A stretch of 64,000 nucleotides of DNA from Ophelia neglecta (taxonomy: Eukaryota): assembly GCA_965285935.1 (NCBI GenBank), contig OZ260661.1:87792001-87856000 (forward strand). The letters run 5' to 3'. A program made the position numbers and the translations under genes. The notes under the pieces were generated by a model. It saw nothing but the letters and a program-made list of their open reading frames with translations. It was not told where the DNA came from and made no database searches. This document shows, one piece after another, positions 40,801 to 52,878 of this stretch (the stretch's first letter is position 1; each line of letters opens with the position of its first letter).

Positions 40801-43800
40801 ATTTCCCTTCGTAGCAGAGTACACAGCTCCGTTCTCTTCTCCTGGTGATGCGGAGAAGCTATGCGATAAGCACAAGCCTCTGCTGCGAAGGGTAACCAAT
40901 CATTGAATTTCGATTTTTTTCCCATTCTGATAATGTCGAATCAATATAAAAATCATCCGACAACCGTGAAGGTCAGGCACAAAATCTTTGCTACTAATGA
41001 AAAAATCGTCATTGACAATGAATTTATGCCATTGCCAATAAAAAAAATATTGAATGCTGAAATATAGGTTGACAGTCAAACCCGGACAAGTGGGACCACA
41101 TCTAAAATACAGATTATGTATATTATTAGTGGGGGACTAAGATATCTTTATCACAGAATACCATATAAATTTAAAAATAATAATTATTTTCAAATGCTTA
41201 TCATGGTTTGTTCTTAGGTTATGTAACTCACCACATTTTAATTCGTTGCCATGCTTAACAGTCTTGTATCCTTCCTCGCAATAACATCTTTTCGTGCCAG
41301 TGTTGGTGCCATCATCTTTGCACACAGAATGCTTTGCCAGACACACAGACACGTCTTTTTTACAACCGTCACCAAGCTGTGCTCGATACACTGAAACGTT
41401 AAAGTCAACATCAATGCCGGTATATGTCTAAAAAAACGTTCAAGTCTGCAATCGTTTGTTTATATAGAAAAGCAATCGGCACCCAACATGTAAGCCCCCC
41501 CCCCCCTCCTCCCCTCCTCCCCCTCCCACAACCGTCAATTCGACTAACTATATATTCTCCTATAGGTCTACTGGTGACAAAGTAATTGAGCCAGTGTCAT
41601 TTATTAGATTTATTTATTCATTTATTTATTAAAATTCCTTAGACTGCATAGCCCTAGGGTACCAGTTAGTTAGTCCAAATGATGCATGAGAGGAAAATGT
41701 ATAGATACCCAAACTCATTAGTTTGATACAAGAATTAGTACGATATGTACAAATGTAAAAAAAAATCCTTACTATACATAAGAAAATACGTTTTCACATC
41801 TATGCAAATCCAGTTACTTAATGCGTGTTGTTTGATTAATTTTAAAGAAAGTAATTTGACTGTCAGTGTATTAATAACATATATACGAAAGAAATAGAAA
41901 TGAAGATTTACATAGAAGAATGAAAAATAGATAGATATAAGTTGGTTCTATTGTGAATGTATACTGTTTTAACCGTGTAATTTTATATTTTTTAGTTTAA
42001 TGTCTGTGCATTCGTCGTTAGTTAGATAATCTAGATTGCAATCGTTACATAGTTTTTTGTAAAAAAAATTGTGAACGATGAAATATGGGTATAAAAATAA
42101 AGAAATATTTAAAAAAAAAAAGGGTTAGTTAGACCTTAAGATGCGCTAGCTACCTAGGCGAGGTATCTGGTAGACTCCTGCTTGTTGGTAAAATGATGTA
42201 CAAATGTATTCTAATATGAGATTTCCAGGTATATTACCTTTTTTTGCAGCCTCTGGAGAACCATCAACATTTAGATCTCAACCTACTTCAGCTTGAACGC
42301 TCTTGCCATAATTATATTGACAATGTGCGCAGCCTATTTTGTTTTCGGTTTTGCGATTTCGGTCTCCAATTAAAGATCAAGGGATGATGAGTCTGCGGGG
42401 GCAGGGCGGGCAGCACAAAGAAGGGGTGAGGAGTAAAGCCATTAAAATATGTAAAAATGGGGAGGGTGGGGTGTGTTTTGGGGGGCTATGAAGAAGGACC
42501 CACGTTGGTTCAAAGAGAACATTAGAAGTGTTGGCCTTACAATAGAAGGGGGACAAAGTGCGGCTGTACAGGAGTTAGGGTAGAAGCGATGTAAGGTGAT
42601 GTTGAGGTTTGCGGTATACTGATGTAGGGGAGTTAAAGAGATATGGGTCGTGTCTGGGGGGGGGGGGGGGGGTTGTCGGAGGATAGAGGCTGTTGGGGGG
42701 CGAAGGATATAGATCAAGAACTTACACCAGGACTGCCTTTTTGCTTCCAAAGCGTATATCAAGGTAGGCTTATATAATCAAGAAAACAGTGCCTGCCAAT
42801 TATTTTGGGGATCATTGAGAATCGTGAGCCCCTTGGCTATACATACACTAACTGCCATATTCCCTCGGCCGTAGCAGCCGGAGTAATACCCTTGCTGCTG
42901 ATGATTCCCCTGATGATCCCTTTATATGGCAGGCACTATTTGCTTATTATGAGCCAAATAAACCTACAGCAGGACTGTCCTTCCTTGTAGAAGTTCGACT
43001 TGACATCACAGACACATTGAGCCAAACTAGCGTTACACACCGAGCCACGTGTTTTGCTGCTACACTCTCCGTCATGAGTACAGTTTGTCCGGTTATCGAG
43101 TATTTGCGCCGCCACAATATTAGTAGTTGTCGGATTGTTACCGCCTGCTGTGCCATTGTTGCCCGTTGCTCCGGTGCTATTCCCGCCTTTGTCTGTGCCA
43201 TTTATGTTGTTTTCATTGTTGGTAGGCCTACCATTTCCTGGGAAAGAATGAAAACAATTAATATTGAATCAGGGTCTTCATTTTACCAAAGTATGAGTGG
43301 TGCTTAAAGGGATACATAGGCCTATATGTTCAACTTATATCTTGGCGTGACTAGAAGTCGCTTAGCCTCTTTCAGAACCTAGACCTAATATCGGTCGATT
43401 AGTCCACATTTTTAGCTATATATTAAACCAATGTACGGTAAACTTTGTATTTGATCGAAATTACGGACGCACATTATATAGCTGGCGGTTGTGTGTGTGT
43501 TCCGGAGGGGGTGGGGGGGGGGGGGCTAGAAGGTTAAAGAAAATACCTTTGTCGTGTCAAGTTTTTTTTATAATAGAAATGACCAGGTCCTGATTTTACT
43601 TACTGTGGCACAAACAGTCTTTATTTTCAGAAGTGCGTCCCTTGTGCCACGCCCATAGGGCTGCATCGGAAGCATTGTTTTATCCCTATTGGTCCGTTTC
43701 CCATTGCCTTCATCGCCTTTCCCCCTCCCTGCCAAACCCAAGTTGTTATGTAAGGCTTTGTCGCTAAAATCTTAATTCTAATGTGTAACCAAAGCTGCAA

Positions 43801-46800
43801 GCCAAGGTATAAAAGCGAGCGAAAATACAAACCCAAGAAAAACGGAACACATAAAAAGCATTGCTAGGAACAGATTGTAATATAAGTTTCTTAGTAATGT
43901 ACTTAAATATCAAATAAAAAATAACAAAGCGCCCAAGCAACATTTATGGATGACTGTAAATATATTCCCGCGCCTGTCAATGTGGAGGGATACACTGGGA
44001 TATATTGTGTCCTTAATTAAAGTTATAATGGGATATACCTAGTCTGTACATAGGTTATTAACACATCTCTCTCTATATGAGTTTCTAAGCAATGTAGGCC
44101 GAGGCCATATTTTACCTGCGGTTGGCCTACTTGTCGACTCGTTGACGGGAGGACGGGTTGGAGGAGTCAGAGTCTCGCCGCTTTCCGCTGTGGTGTTTGT
44201 GCCGTTGGTGTTATCTTCTGAGGTGCCATTAGTAGTTGAAGAGCTGTTTCCGGTACCGGGCGTATGGTTTCTTCCATCAGCGCCCTCTTGTACTGGTTGT
44301 GTCGTGTTTGGTGTGTCGGTGGGTAAGTGAGTTAAATCTGTGGTTGAATTTGTATTATTCGTCCCGGGTAATTGCATTTCTGTGTTATTGGGCGCGTGCG
44401 TCGAAATGTCAGAAGAGGGCATTGTGTTATTTAAACTACCTGTGCTCCTCGGATTTGACTCGGTAACTTTTACTTCAGTGTCATTGGTTGCTGGAGTTGC
44501 AATACCGGAAGTAGGTCCGGGCGCTTGCGTGGTATAATTAGCGTTACCAGCGGCACCTGGATTAGACTTCGTTACTTCTGCCTCAGTGTCATTGTTTGCT
44601 TGAGTTGTAATACCGGAAATTGGTCCGGGCGCCTGCGTGGTGTAAGTCGAACTACCTTTGTCGTCTGTTACGGTGGTGTTTGTTGACACATCGGTGGAAT
44701 TCGACATGCCTCCTGTGGCATTAAGAGGCCCGACAGTAGTAGTGTTGGAAAAATCAGATTCGTGTGACTCAGTAGAATTTCCTGTACCATTAAGGCAAGA
44801 TGTGTCATTAACTTCACAGGAAGAACAATTTCCATCAACACAGTTGGGAAGAGGGGAATCAGAAAGAAAGGATTTACAGTTCCCATAAAATTCATCTTGT
44901 GTTCTCTCAGACGAAATGCTGTCCGGCGCTGGGGGCCATGACAGCAGGGGTATGTCAAACCATGGTGGCTTTGGTGGAGGCGGTAATATCAAACAGGGAG
45001 GCCGAGGGAAGCTTTCGCTATCACCTACACACGAAAAGGAGCCGATATACTACATAAATCCTTCTCACCATCGTCGTTCTGATAAGAACATTAATTTTGC
45101 TAATTTAACCAGAAGAGAACTTTATATAGGCCTATTGGTAAATATAAATACAATGTATTATTGTATTGTGGTTAAAATGGTGTAACCGACAACCATCTAA
45201 GGAACTGCGAAATACACATGTATATGAAAATCATATCAAGACAAAATTTAATTTTTGATGAAAAACACGGTTTCTTCATGAAAAACACGGTTTCTTTTGC
45301 TAAATAAAGTTTTTTTTTTGGCTAACTTATATATAAGGACCCTCCAGGATTCCCAAGCGCAGGAAGATAGCACCGCCGCAGAGAACACAAAATGAAATGT
45401 GCTAAGCAAAGGAAAATCACCAAATAAATTGAAGACAAAAGGTATTAATATTTAGCTAAGAAACGTCAGCAGGTAACATAGAAAAGTGCATTTAGGTGAT
45501 TATAGGCTTAGACGTCTATGTATGAGAATGCTTTAGAAATTAAACCAATTAGTTATAAGCAGATCATATATCTAGAATTATAAAATGCAATCAACAAAAA
45601 TGAGTAATGAGTTCTAGAAGGCGATTGGTAGCTGGTAAGAATTTTTATGACCCCGATACCTTTACGGATAATTTGAATAAAAATGCATCTTTGTATATTT
45701 TTCAAGTTTATTTATGTCAATACTAACTGCAGGAGAATAATTCGAAACTACCCTGGAGAAGGCCTAATTGAGCAGGCTCCCTGGAGGTTTATAACGAATT
45801 GTTTAGCTTAATTAAGACCAATTTTATACCAGCCACATAAAGTCTGGAGACTTTCAGAAAAAAAGGTTTCAAATCATACGATGCTAGAAAACAGTGTGCA
45901 CAAGCTACTGCTGACGTACATATTGTCTATGTGTAATTGGTGTGTTTAAAAAAGGCTGCCTCCAATTGGTTTGTTATGTATGACGTTTGACCTATTTGAC
46001 GCGTTTTGCCAGAGCATTGTGTCCTTGGGTGCCACTGCCATCTGGTGGTGACGTCATCGCCGAAAGCAGGCCAAGCTTAATTTGCTGTCAGGGCCAATTA
46101 GCGTTCACCATGTGAGCGTGTCGGACATGCATTGAATACAGATTCAAAGTTTTTTAAGCACCACTAGTCTCCAGACTTTATATTGCTGGCATAAATTATA
46201 GGAGAATCAATTTTTACATAATCCATTGCAAGCGACGTATTCTGCCGTCATTGGTTGAAAGGGCTGTTTAGCGTCAGTAGCCAATGTATGTTGTTTGGCC
46301 GAAGCTCAATAGTGGTAGCGCAGCTAGTGACGTCACACAACATGGTGAGCGTCACTTTTCATGTTGACAAATCAGCGGGCAACGGATTATTACGCTAATT
46401 GCCCTGGTCTACCAATGAAGGCCCGACACGTGACTTGCAATTGTTTATATGAGGACGTCAATTGAAATTTGATTCTCCTACAATTTTAGGTTGGTTGTCA
46501 TATTTCACAATTGACAACAGGCTTTTATACTTTTTTTCTAAGCAGCATCATACTCACAGAATTAACTGATCTACAAAATAGTTGGTGTTATTTAAGTAGG
46601 CATGTGCATAAATTCCACCATAGATATAACCGGGCCCCTTTTTTTACGAATACGCAACTGCCACCATTTTGCCTTCTAATATCCTTCTTAAGGGACTGAC
46701 TATAGCACTATAATAAATCATTATTATTGCAAAAGTCATGTGAGGATTTCAAGGCCGAGGGATCAAGAAATCACCAAGTCCTCCCCGAAACCTAGCAACT

Positions 46801-47285
46801 GATAAAGGGTGCCATACACTTATTTCACATGAAGGTTAATAGGTATAATAAAGAAATACATGATTATATAAGTTGTAATTCCATTCAATACTAGAAAGAC
46901 AATTAAAGTACAATAAAAAAAAACAAATTAACACACCAGCCTATCCGGGGGTTCATTTTTATAATAAAAAGTTGCACTACATCCAAACAAAACAAACAAC
47001 GATTTAAAAGAAGATGTTGTAACGCTAGAGCGCGGTGGTGTGAGGCCAAACGATCACAGGTCCATTAACATGAAATACCCTCTATTAATATAAAAAGAAT
47101 GATGTAACTAATCATTTCGATAAGGCTGGTATGTTTATTTATATCTTGGCGTTAAAGGAATAAGGAGATACCCTTATACAATGTACGAGACGGGAAAATG
47201 ATACACGTATACCTGGTGCATCCTGGGACAGGACCATCATTATCACCAGGGAGGAGAACATAAGACAGTACAGTAGTCTCATCAT
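34817..47285 (-). CDS. EGF-like + zona pellucida (ZP) domain type I membrane protein, paralog A, with a long N-glycosylated mucin-like N-terminal extension (~899 aa)
   Basis: 12 phase-consistent GT-AG exons: 47285-47213 (signal peptide MMRLLYCLMFSSLVIMMVLSQDAP), 45024-44116 (Thr/Asn-rich), 43237-42968 (Cys module), 41390-41232 (Cys module), 40328-40182 (EGF-like), 39673-39429, 38573-38434, 38293-38182, 38039-37912, 35908-35728 (ZP-like; IFIHCTLKLC), 35549-35420 (furin site RRRRS), 35022-34817 (TM helix, tail ...FTLPRIAPSGAQRL). Total 2700 nt, in frame. Confidence 0.88.
36019..36365. repeat. Compound trinucleotide microsatellite (GTC)n(GTA)n(GTG)n(GCG)n in an intron of ZP paralog A
   Basis: Long pure GTG run at ~36072-36143 flanked by GTC/GTA/GCG runs, with degenerate continuation to ~36365. 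Confidence 0.92.
37501..37562. repeat. C-rich repeat (CCCCA)n; G-quadruplex-competent on the - strand
   Basis: CCCAACCCCCCACCCCCCACCCCACCCCACCCCCACCCCAACCCCCCAACCCCACCCCCG. Confidence 0.7.
45823..46195. mobile_element. MITE-like element 1 in intron 1 of ZP paralog A
   Basis: ~30-bp inverted termini: TTTATACCAGCCACATAAAGTCTGGAGACT (45823-45852) and AGTCTCCAGACTTTATATTGCTGGCATAAA (46166-46195). Confidence 0.7.
46031..46056 (-). promoter_or_regulatory. CTCF-like motif abutting a CRE palindrome
   Basis: The reverse complement CACCACCAGATGGCAGTGGC matches the CTCF core CCACCAG(A/G)(G/T)GGC(A/G)G. TGACGTCA lies at 46049-46056. Motif match only. Confidence 0.4.
46194..46485. mobile_element. Fold-back/MITE-like element 2, directly adjacent to element 1
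   Basis: Termini AATTATAGGAGAATCAATTT / AAATTTGATTCTCCTACAATT. Inverted similarity continues inward (ATTGCAAGCGACGT...TCATTGGTTGAAAGGGC vs GCCCTGGTCTACCAATGA...ACGTGACTTGCAAT). Confidence 0.68.
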
Positions 47286-47459
47286 GGCAATCACGTGGTC
47301 TGCGCCTGAGGTGTGCGCCTAGGAGAGACGGTAACTGTTAGGTTGACAAGCACTGTGGTGTGTTATGAAATCATAACCGTATACACCCACGATATTATGT
47401 AGATTTTTCAAATAACTATTATTATTATCATAATAAACAATTTAATGGTTTGCAAAAGG

Positions 47460-50400
47460 AGAGAAACAGCGACTTCTGTGCTCATTATGGCCACGTCACA
47501 TTTTCTTGAAATGTTACGTTGTGGGAAAATATAACTGATCCCCACGTGACCCATTCGCTGTTCCGTAGCTGAGCTAACTGCAAGTATTCCAGATGTTTCT
47601 ATCTGTTTGGCAGATATAAAGCCTTTCTCCAGAGCGGTTCAAATGAAAACAAATAATTCAGTCTGAAGACCCAGTCGGAACGTTTGGCCGGCATATAGGC
47701 CTATCAATAGCAAAAACATATAGGCCTAGGCTTATAATATTCAAATTTTCGCAGTAGTTCAGCCATTGAAATTATATAAATTAAATTAATATGTCAAAGC
47801 GGCACCGAATTTTCGAGGAATAACTCTAATCAATTGTTTAAGGAACTTTATTTTGCCTATTCTTGGCCAAAGCATAATTTCCTTATATAAGTGAACGATA
47901 TGAAACTTCCTGGTTTAATTCAATTTGTTAATGCGGCACCAAATGTTCTCGGAACAACTTTTATTGAATTTTGGCAACACTTTAATTTCCTAATTTTAGG
48001 TCATCGCGTACGTAACTCGCAAATATTTGTACGTCTACAGGGATAGTTCAAGTTTTGCAATTTATTACTGCAGATATTAAAACCGAGTAGGCCTAGGATA
48101 TATATCTTGGCTAGGTTACCTTCCACGTTGTGTTATTACATTAATAGGCTAGGGCTCTTTTACCATTTCTTGATTTTTTTAAATTGCTAGGTCCATTTTT
48201 GGTAAACTGTGCTTTTAAAGTTTGCCTGCATTTCTTTTTTTTCAGGGACCAAATGTTTTACGAAAGCTACCATCGAAAATTCAAACCGACCCCTAAAATG
48301 CCTTTATTATATTGAGGTTCTGTTTGATCCGTACTAAAACACGTTTGAGAGCTTCCAGTTTGAGGAAGGTAACCAGAGTAAATAACAGATTATTAAAAGA
48401 ATGGGGACTGATTCAATCCTACCATATAGCATGATTCAAGACAGACTATATAGCCATTTTTGTTTAAAGTTTACCAGCACCACAATCTATTTCAAATAGA
48501 TTATTTATTTACGCTCTATTAGATGAAATGGTAAATCTAAAATTTTCCACTGCGTCATAATTTGAGGGGGATTCAATCAGCGTGTGTCTGATGAGTCAGA
48601 GCTTGTTTGTCTTCATTTATAACAAACGCGGTGCCATATGGAAACACAAACAACTGATAAAGCCAGAAATTCCAATACATCGGATTTTGTATAGAAATGT
48701 TAACCACCTTATCCACTTGATATTGAACTGCACTGAAATGTTTTTCATTTATATAGCCACTGGACTCGAAGCAGTCAAACAACAATTTCAATGAAAGCTC
48801 TATATTTGATCAATGATGGGAGAAATACTGATAAAAAGGATGAATAGCGGTGAAAGTTGCACTGGTTGCAATATTTTAGCACGATAAATGGTTTGTGAGG
48901 TCTACAACTTTTTTCAAACACCAAATGTAAGCCGGCGTTGCTTATTTTAAGAAAAGCTGCGTTATTTGTATTATAATGACATAAGTTCACTACCTCAGAC
49001 ATTTATTGAAATATACGTATTATATGTCAGCTTCGTTATCGATAGAATTAATAGGTCAATCGTTCGGAAAATAATGTGAGGCTAATTTCACTAATACATT
49101 TGTTACTGGGCATTGTGATAAATATGACGAGAGAAGATATTTCTGAAATGGACTTTGTTTTATAATTTAATCCTAAACGCGTCATTAAGTACAAAGTGAG
49201 TTGCCACCATTTGGGGGGGGGGGGGGATACAATCCAACTTTTGTTTAGTCATTTTGGCGCAAACAAATTATTTTTCTCTTCCGAAGTTGGTAAACGCACA
49301 TTTTCCTTCTTAAAAAGTGGGCGATAAACATTTTTATCAACATTAACGACCACTCCCGACCCCCAGTTCGTCCCAATTTGTTTGGTGATGCTGGGGAATG
49401 CTACCCCTATAGGCTATTACATGACATATTTTACCGATTGCGACCATCGAGATGTCCTGTAACTACAGCAGTTTGGCTTTGCAACCATGTGGTAATGAAA
49501 AGTGCAATAATATAAATGCTAGGTCTATTCATCCTTAAAAATTGACCAAAACGTATTTTTAAATCGGATCCCTTAAATACGGCGGGGTTAGAGAGGTAAC
49601 ATTAGTTTACCCGGCAACACCAGCCTTCAGTTGATTCTAAGCAATATTATTGGACAACCCGCAAAACGACCAGCGTTATGTGGCGTGCAGCATCAGAGAA
49701 ACGCTGAGACTTTCTCATTATGGCCACGTAACATTTTCTCGAGCCGTAATGTTACGCGGTGAGAAAATGGCAACTCTCTGCGGTACTGCTGACCCCACGT
49801 GACCCATGTCAATGGGTCAGTTTACCACGGCGAAAATTAATCCCATCTGTATCATCAAGTAGCTCAGTGACAATGTTTATTAAATTAATGACTAATAATT
49901 ATGAGCAACTTCGTCAAATTAGTGCAAAGGCAATTCATGTAATATATCCATCACTAGGTGCAATACCCAGCATTTAATCAATTCGAGATGTTTCATTCTT
50001 AGTGAAGATAAAGCCTGACTTTGGATTACACCAAAGCGGCACCAAATCCTATGCCCCGCAGGCCTATATTAATGTTGCCGAACATTTCTCAGGAATGGTT
50101 CAAAAAAATAAGTAATTCTGGCTGAAGACCCAGTGGTAAAGAATTGGTCGGCATATATACAGTATATAGCACGTATATATTTGTAGCCTTCAAATGTTCG
50201 CAGTAGTTCAGCGGTTTGTAGTAGGCCTATATAACTTAAATCAATTTGGCAAAGCGGCACCAAATTTTCGCGGGACAACTGTTTTTGAATACTTTTTACC
50301 TATATTTTGCCAGAGCATGATGATAGTTTAAGTTTTACAGTACATGGTTAGATATACATATTAGCCAGTTTACTTCCCATATTTTGGTAATAATACGTTA

Positions 50401-51300
50401 GCTTATTAATGTAGTTAGGTATTTATATTTAGATCAATTTTTGGTTAAATGTGCTTTTGAAGTTTGCCTGCATATTTTTTTTAACACGCAATGCAACCGC
50501 TGAAGCTCCACGACATCTACTATACAAATTCAAGACGACCTCCAAAAATGCCTTTAGTATATATTTATTGAAGTCCAAATTGATCCGTACTAAAGCACGT
50601 TTGAGAGTTTCCAAGATTAAAAAAACAAATTTAAGATAATTATATCTATATAAGAATGAAGACTGATCAAATCCTACCACAGCATAATTCAAATTAGGCC
50701 TTATTGCCATTTTGATTTTGAAATTTATAAGTTTTTTGCACAACAATCTCTTCTAAGTAGGATGTTTATTTAACATCTAATTGATGAAATAGTTAAACTA
50801 AAACTTTGTCACTGCGTTGTAATTTGAGCGGGATTCAACCAGCGTGTGCCTTATGAGCCATAGCTTGTTCTTAGTCGTTTAAAACATGTGCTTTGCCACA
50901 TGGAAAGACAACATTATAACTGGTGAAGGGAAAAATTCCTATACATCTGGTACGGATCAAAACATTAACGACCTCATTAAAAGAAAATTGAATTGTGCTG
51001 AATTGTTTTCATTTACAAAGCCGCTGGAATTGAAGAAGACAACGGCCATTTCGATGAACCTCTAAATTTAATCAATGATGGGGGAAAATACTTATAAAAA
51101 GTCTGAGTAACGGTGAAACTGACACTAAGCCTTGTTGGTGAACTTCTTACCGATAGATTGTTTTGACATAGTAAGATATGTCATATTAACTCACCAGTAT
51201 ACCTAAGAAGGCGTCGCTTATTTTAAGAATAATATCAGCTATATTCGTGCTAATGTAATTATACACAATTTAGCAAATTCAGCTGTTTATTAAAATATAC
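47460..51300. repeat. Diverged ~1.6 kb direct duplication in the shared upstream region of the two ZP genes (copy 1 ~47460-49017, copy 2 ~49696-51300)
   Basis: Collinear shared blocks: CTCATTATGGCCACGT, CCCCACGTGACCCAT, CTGAAGACCCAGT, TTCGCAGTAGTTCAGC, AAAGCGGCACC, AAGTTTGCCTGCAT, TTTGATCCGTACTAAA.CACGTTTGAGAG, TAATTTGAG.GGGATTCAA.CAGCGTGTG, TCAATGATGGG, GCTTATTTTAAGAA. Confidence 0.88.
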
Positions 51301-52878
51301 ACACATATATTAGCAACGTAGAATATGGAAGGTTATTTAACTGAAGAGTTTATGTATAAACATGCCTTCAGCGATTTGTAATAAATAATCTTGTTTAAAG
51401 TATTAAGAAAGTGGATAGCGTACCTGTGAATGTTGGTCTTAGTTCTTAATACAGCAAGTAAAACGATAAAAAACAGGTAAATTGTCGTCCAAGCTGTGAC
51501 TGTCAGGCTTCAGAGGCTTTTGGGTATAAACAGATAACACCAATGCATTTATGAAGCACCGCTGTCCTCCGTTCTGTACGTATACAACAGAATTGGTTAA
51601 ATTATTCTGATAACCCTCGACTTGCAGTGTTGCTCTCTACTCCAGCTGTTGCCGATGTAAACTCGTATGCTGCAGAAATGCAGGTGGCTTTTAGAAATCA
51701 ATATTCAGTGTGAATTTTATCACAAAACTTAGAGCGTCATAATAATATTGTGAGATCGGGAGTGTTACTAACCATTGCGCGAACAGACGATTCTGTTACT
51801 AAAATCATATCAGCTTTTTTCTTAGGTTTTAACTAATATAATACAGTAATTTGTGTAGTATAATTTCCTATTTAATAACTAATATCGCATTTGAATTCAC
51901 ATATATTTAAAAGGTTTGCAGAAGGTGAAAACTCTATTGCTTATAGGCCTACCATGATTAATTTAAACATATTATATTACATGTATATGTCAAGACGATA
52001 GTTATAGGTCGCTGGGGATTCGACTTAACAACAATTTGAAATTAATAAGATATGTATGCTAGGCTTCTGATTTTGAATTAACACATGAACTAATTTGAGG
52101 GTGTCACTCTCCTAATAAAAGTATTTAGAAAAGAAGTTGGCTTGATTATTTATATTTTTTATAAGGTCAGGGGTAAGGTTAAATACGTCAAAACAGTGTA
52201 AAGCGATTTTCTGTGCTTGATGATCATATAAACCGGATATACGAATTGATTAAATAATGTTTATGTTCAATTGAATATCATTTCGGAGAAGACAGCTATA
52301 ATATCAAGCGGAGTTATGCAATAAAAACAAAGTAACTGATGCTTTCAAAGGTAACAGCTAACAATTACAATTCAAATGTTTACTGCATACAAAATCCATC
52401 TGCTACATTATCTGCTTTGAAACAACCCAAGCGCACGTGGCAAGAATGGCTCTCCAGGGCGGCTTAAAATCTATAATCTCGTCTGACTGGTATATGAGTT
52501 AATGACGCATCGCGTTGAATCAAACCTCAATATTCAAACACATGTTCGAACTGAGTGCGCATATGTTCTGCGCAGTAATAGATGTGTTTTATTGAAGTTA
52601 TGTGGAAGGTGAACTAAAGCTCAGAGGAACCCAGTGATCTAGATTTAGGTGAGTGCCATTCATCGTTGAATCAATAATTTGTTAATTGAATAACAAACGG
52701 GATCTATTGATTACTTTTGACTCAATTCCGTTTCAAATGTTTACTCTTTCGAAAGCAAATGAACTTTACTTGTGGGCCAGTCCGCCTACATAATTCATTC
52801 AGATAAATTTCTGTAATTACCTTCTGCTTTCAGGATGGCCGAGCATTTAACTGGATTCCACGGATAAATATTAATATC

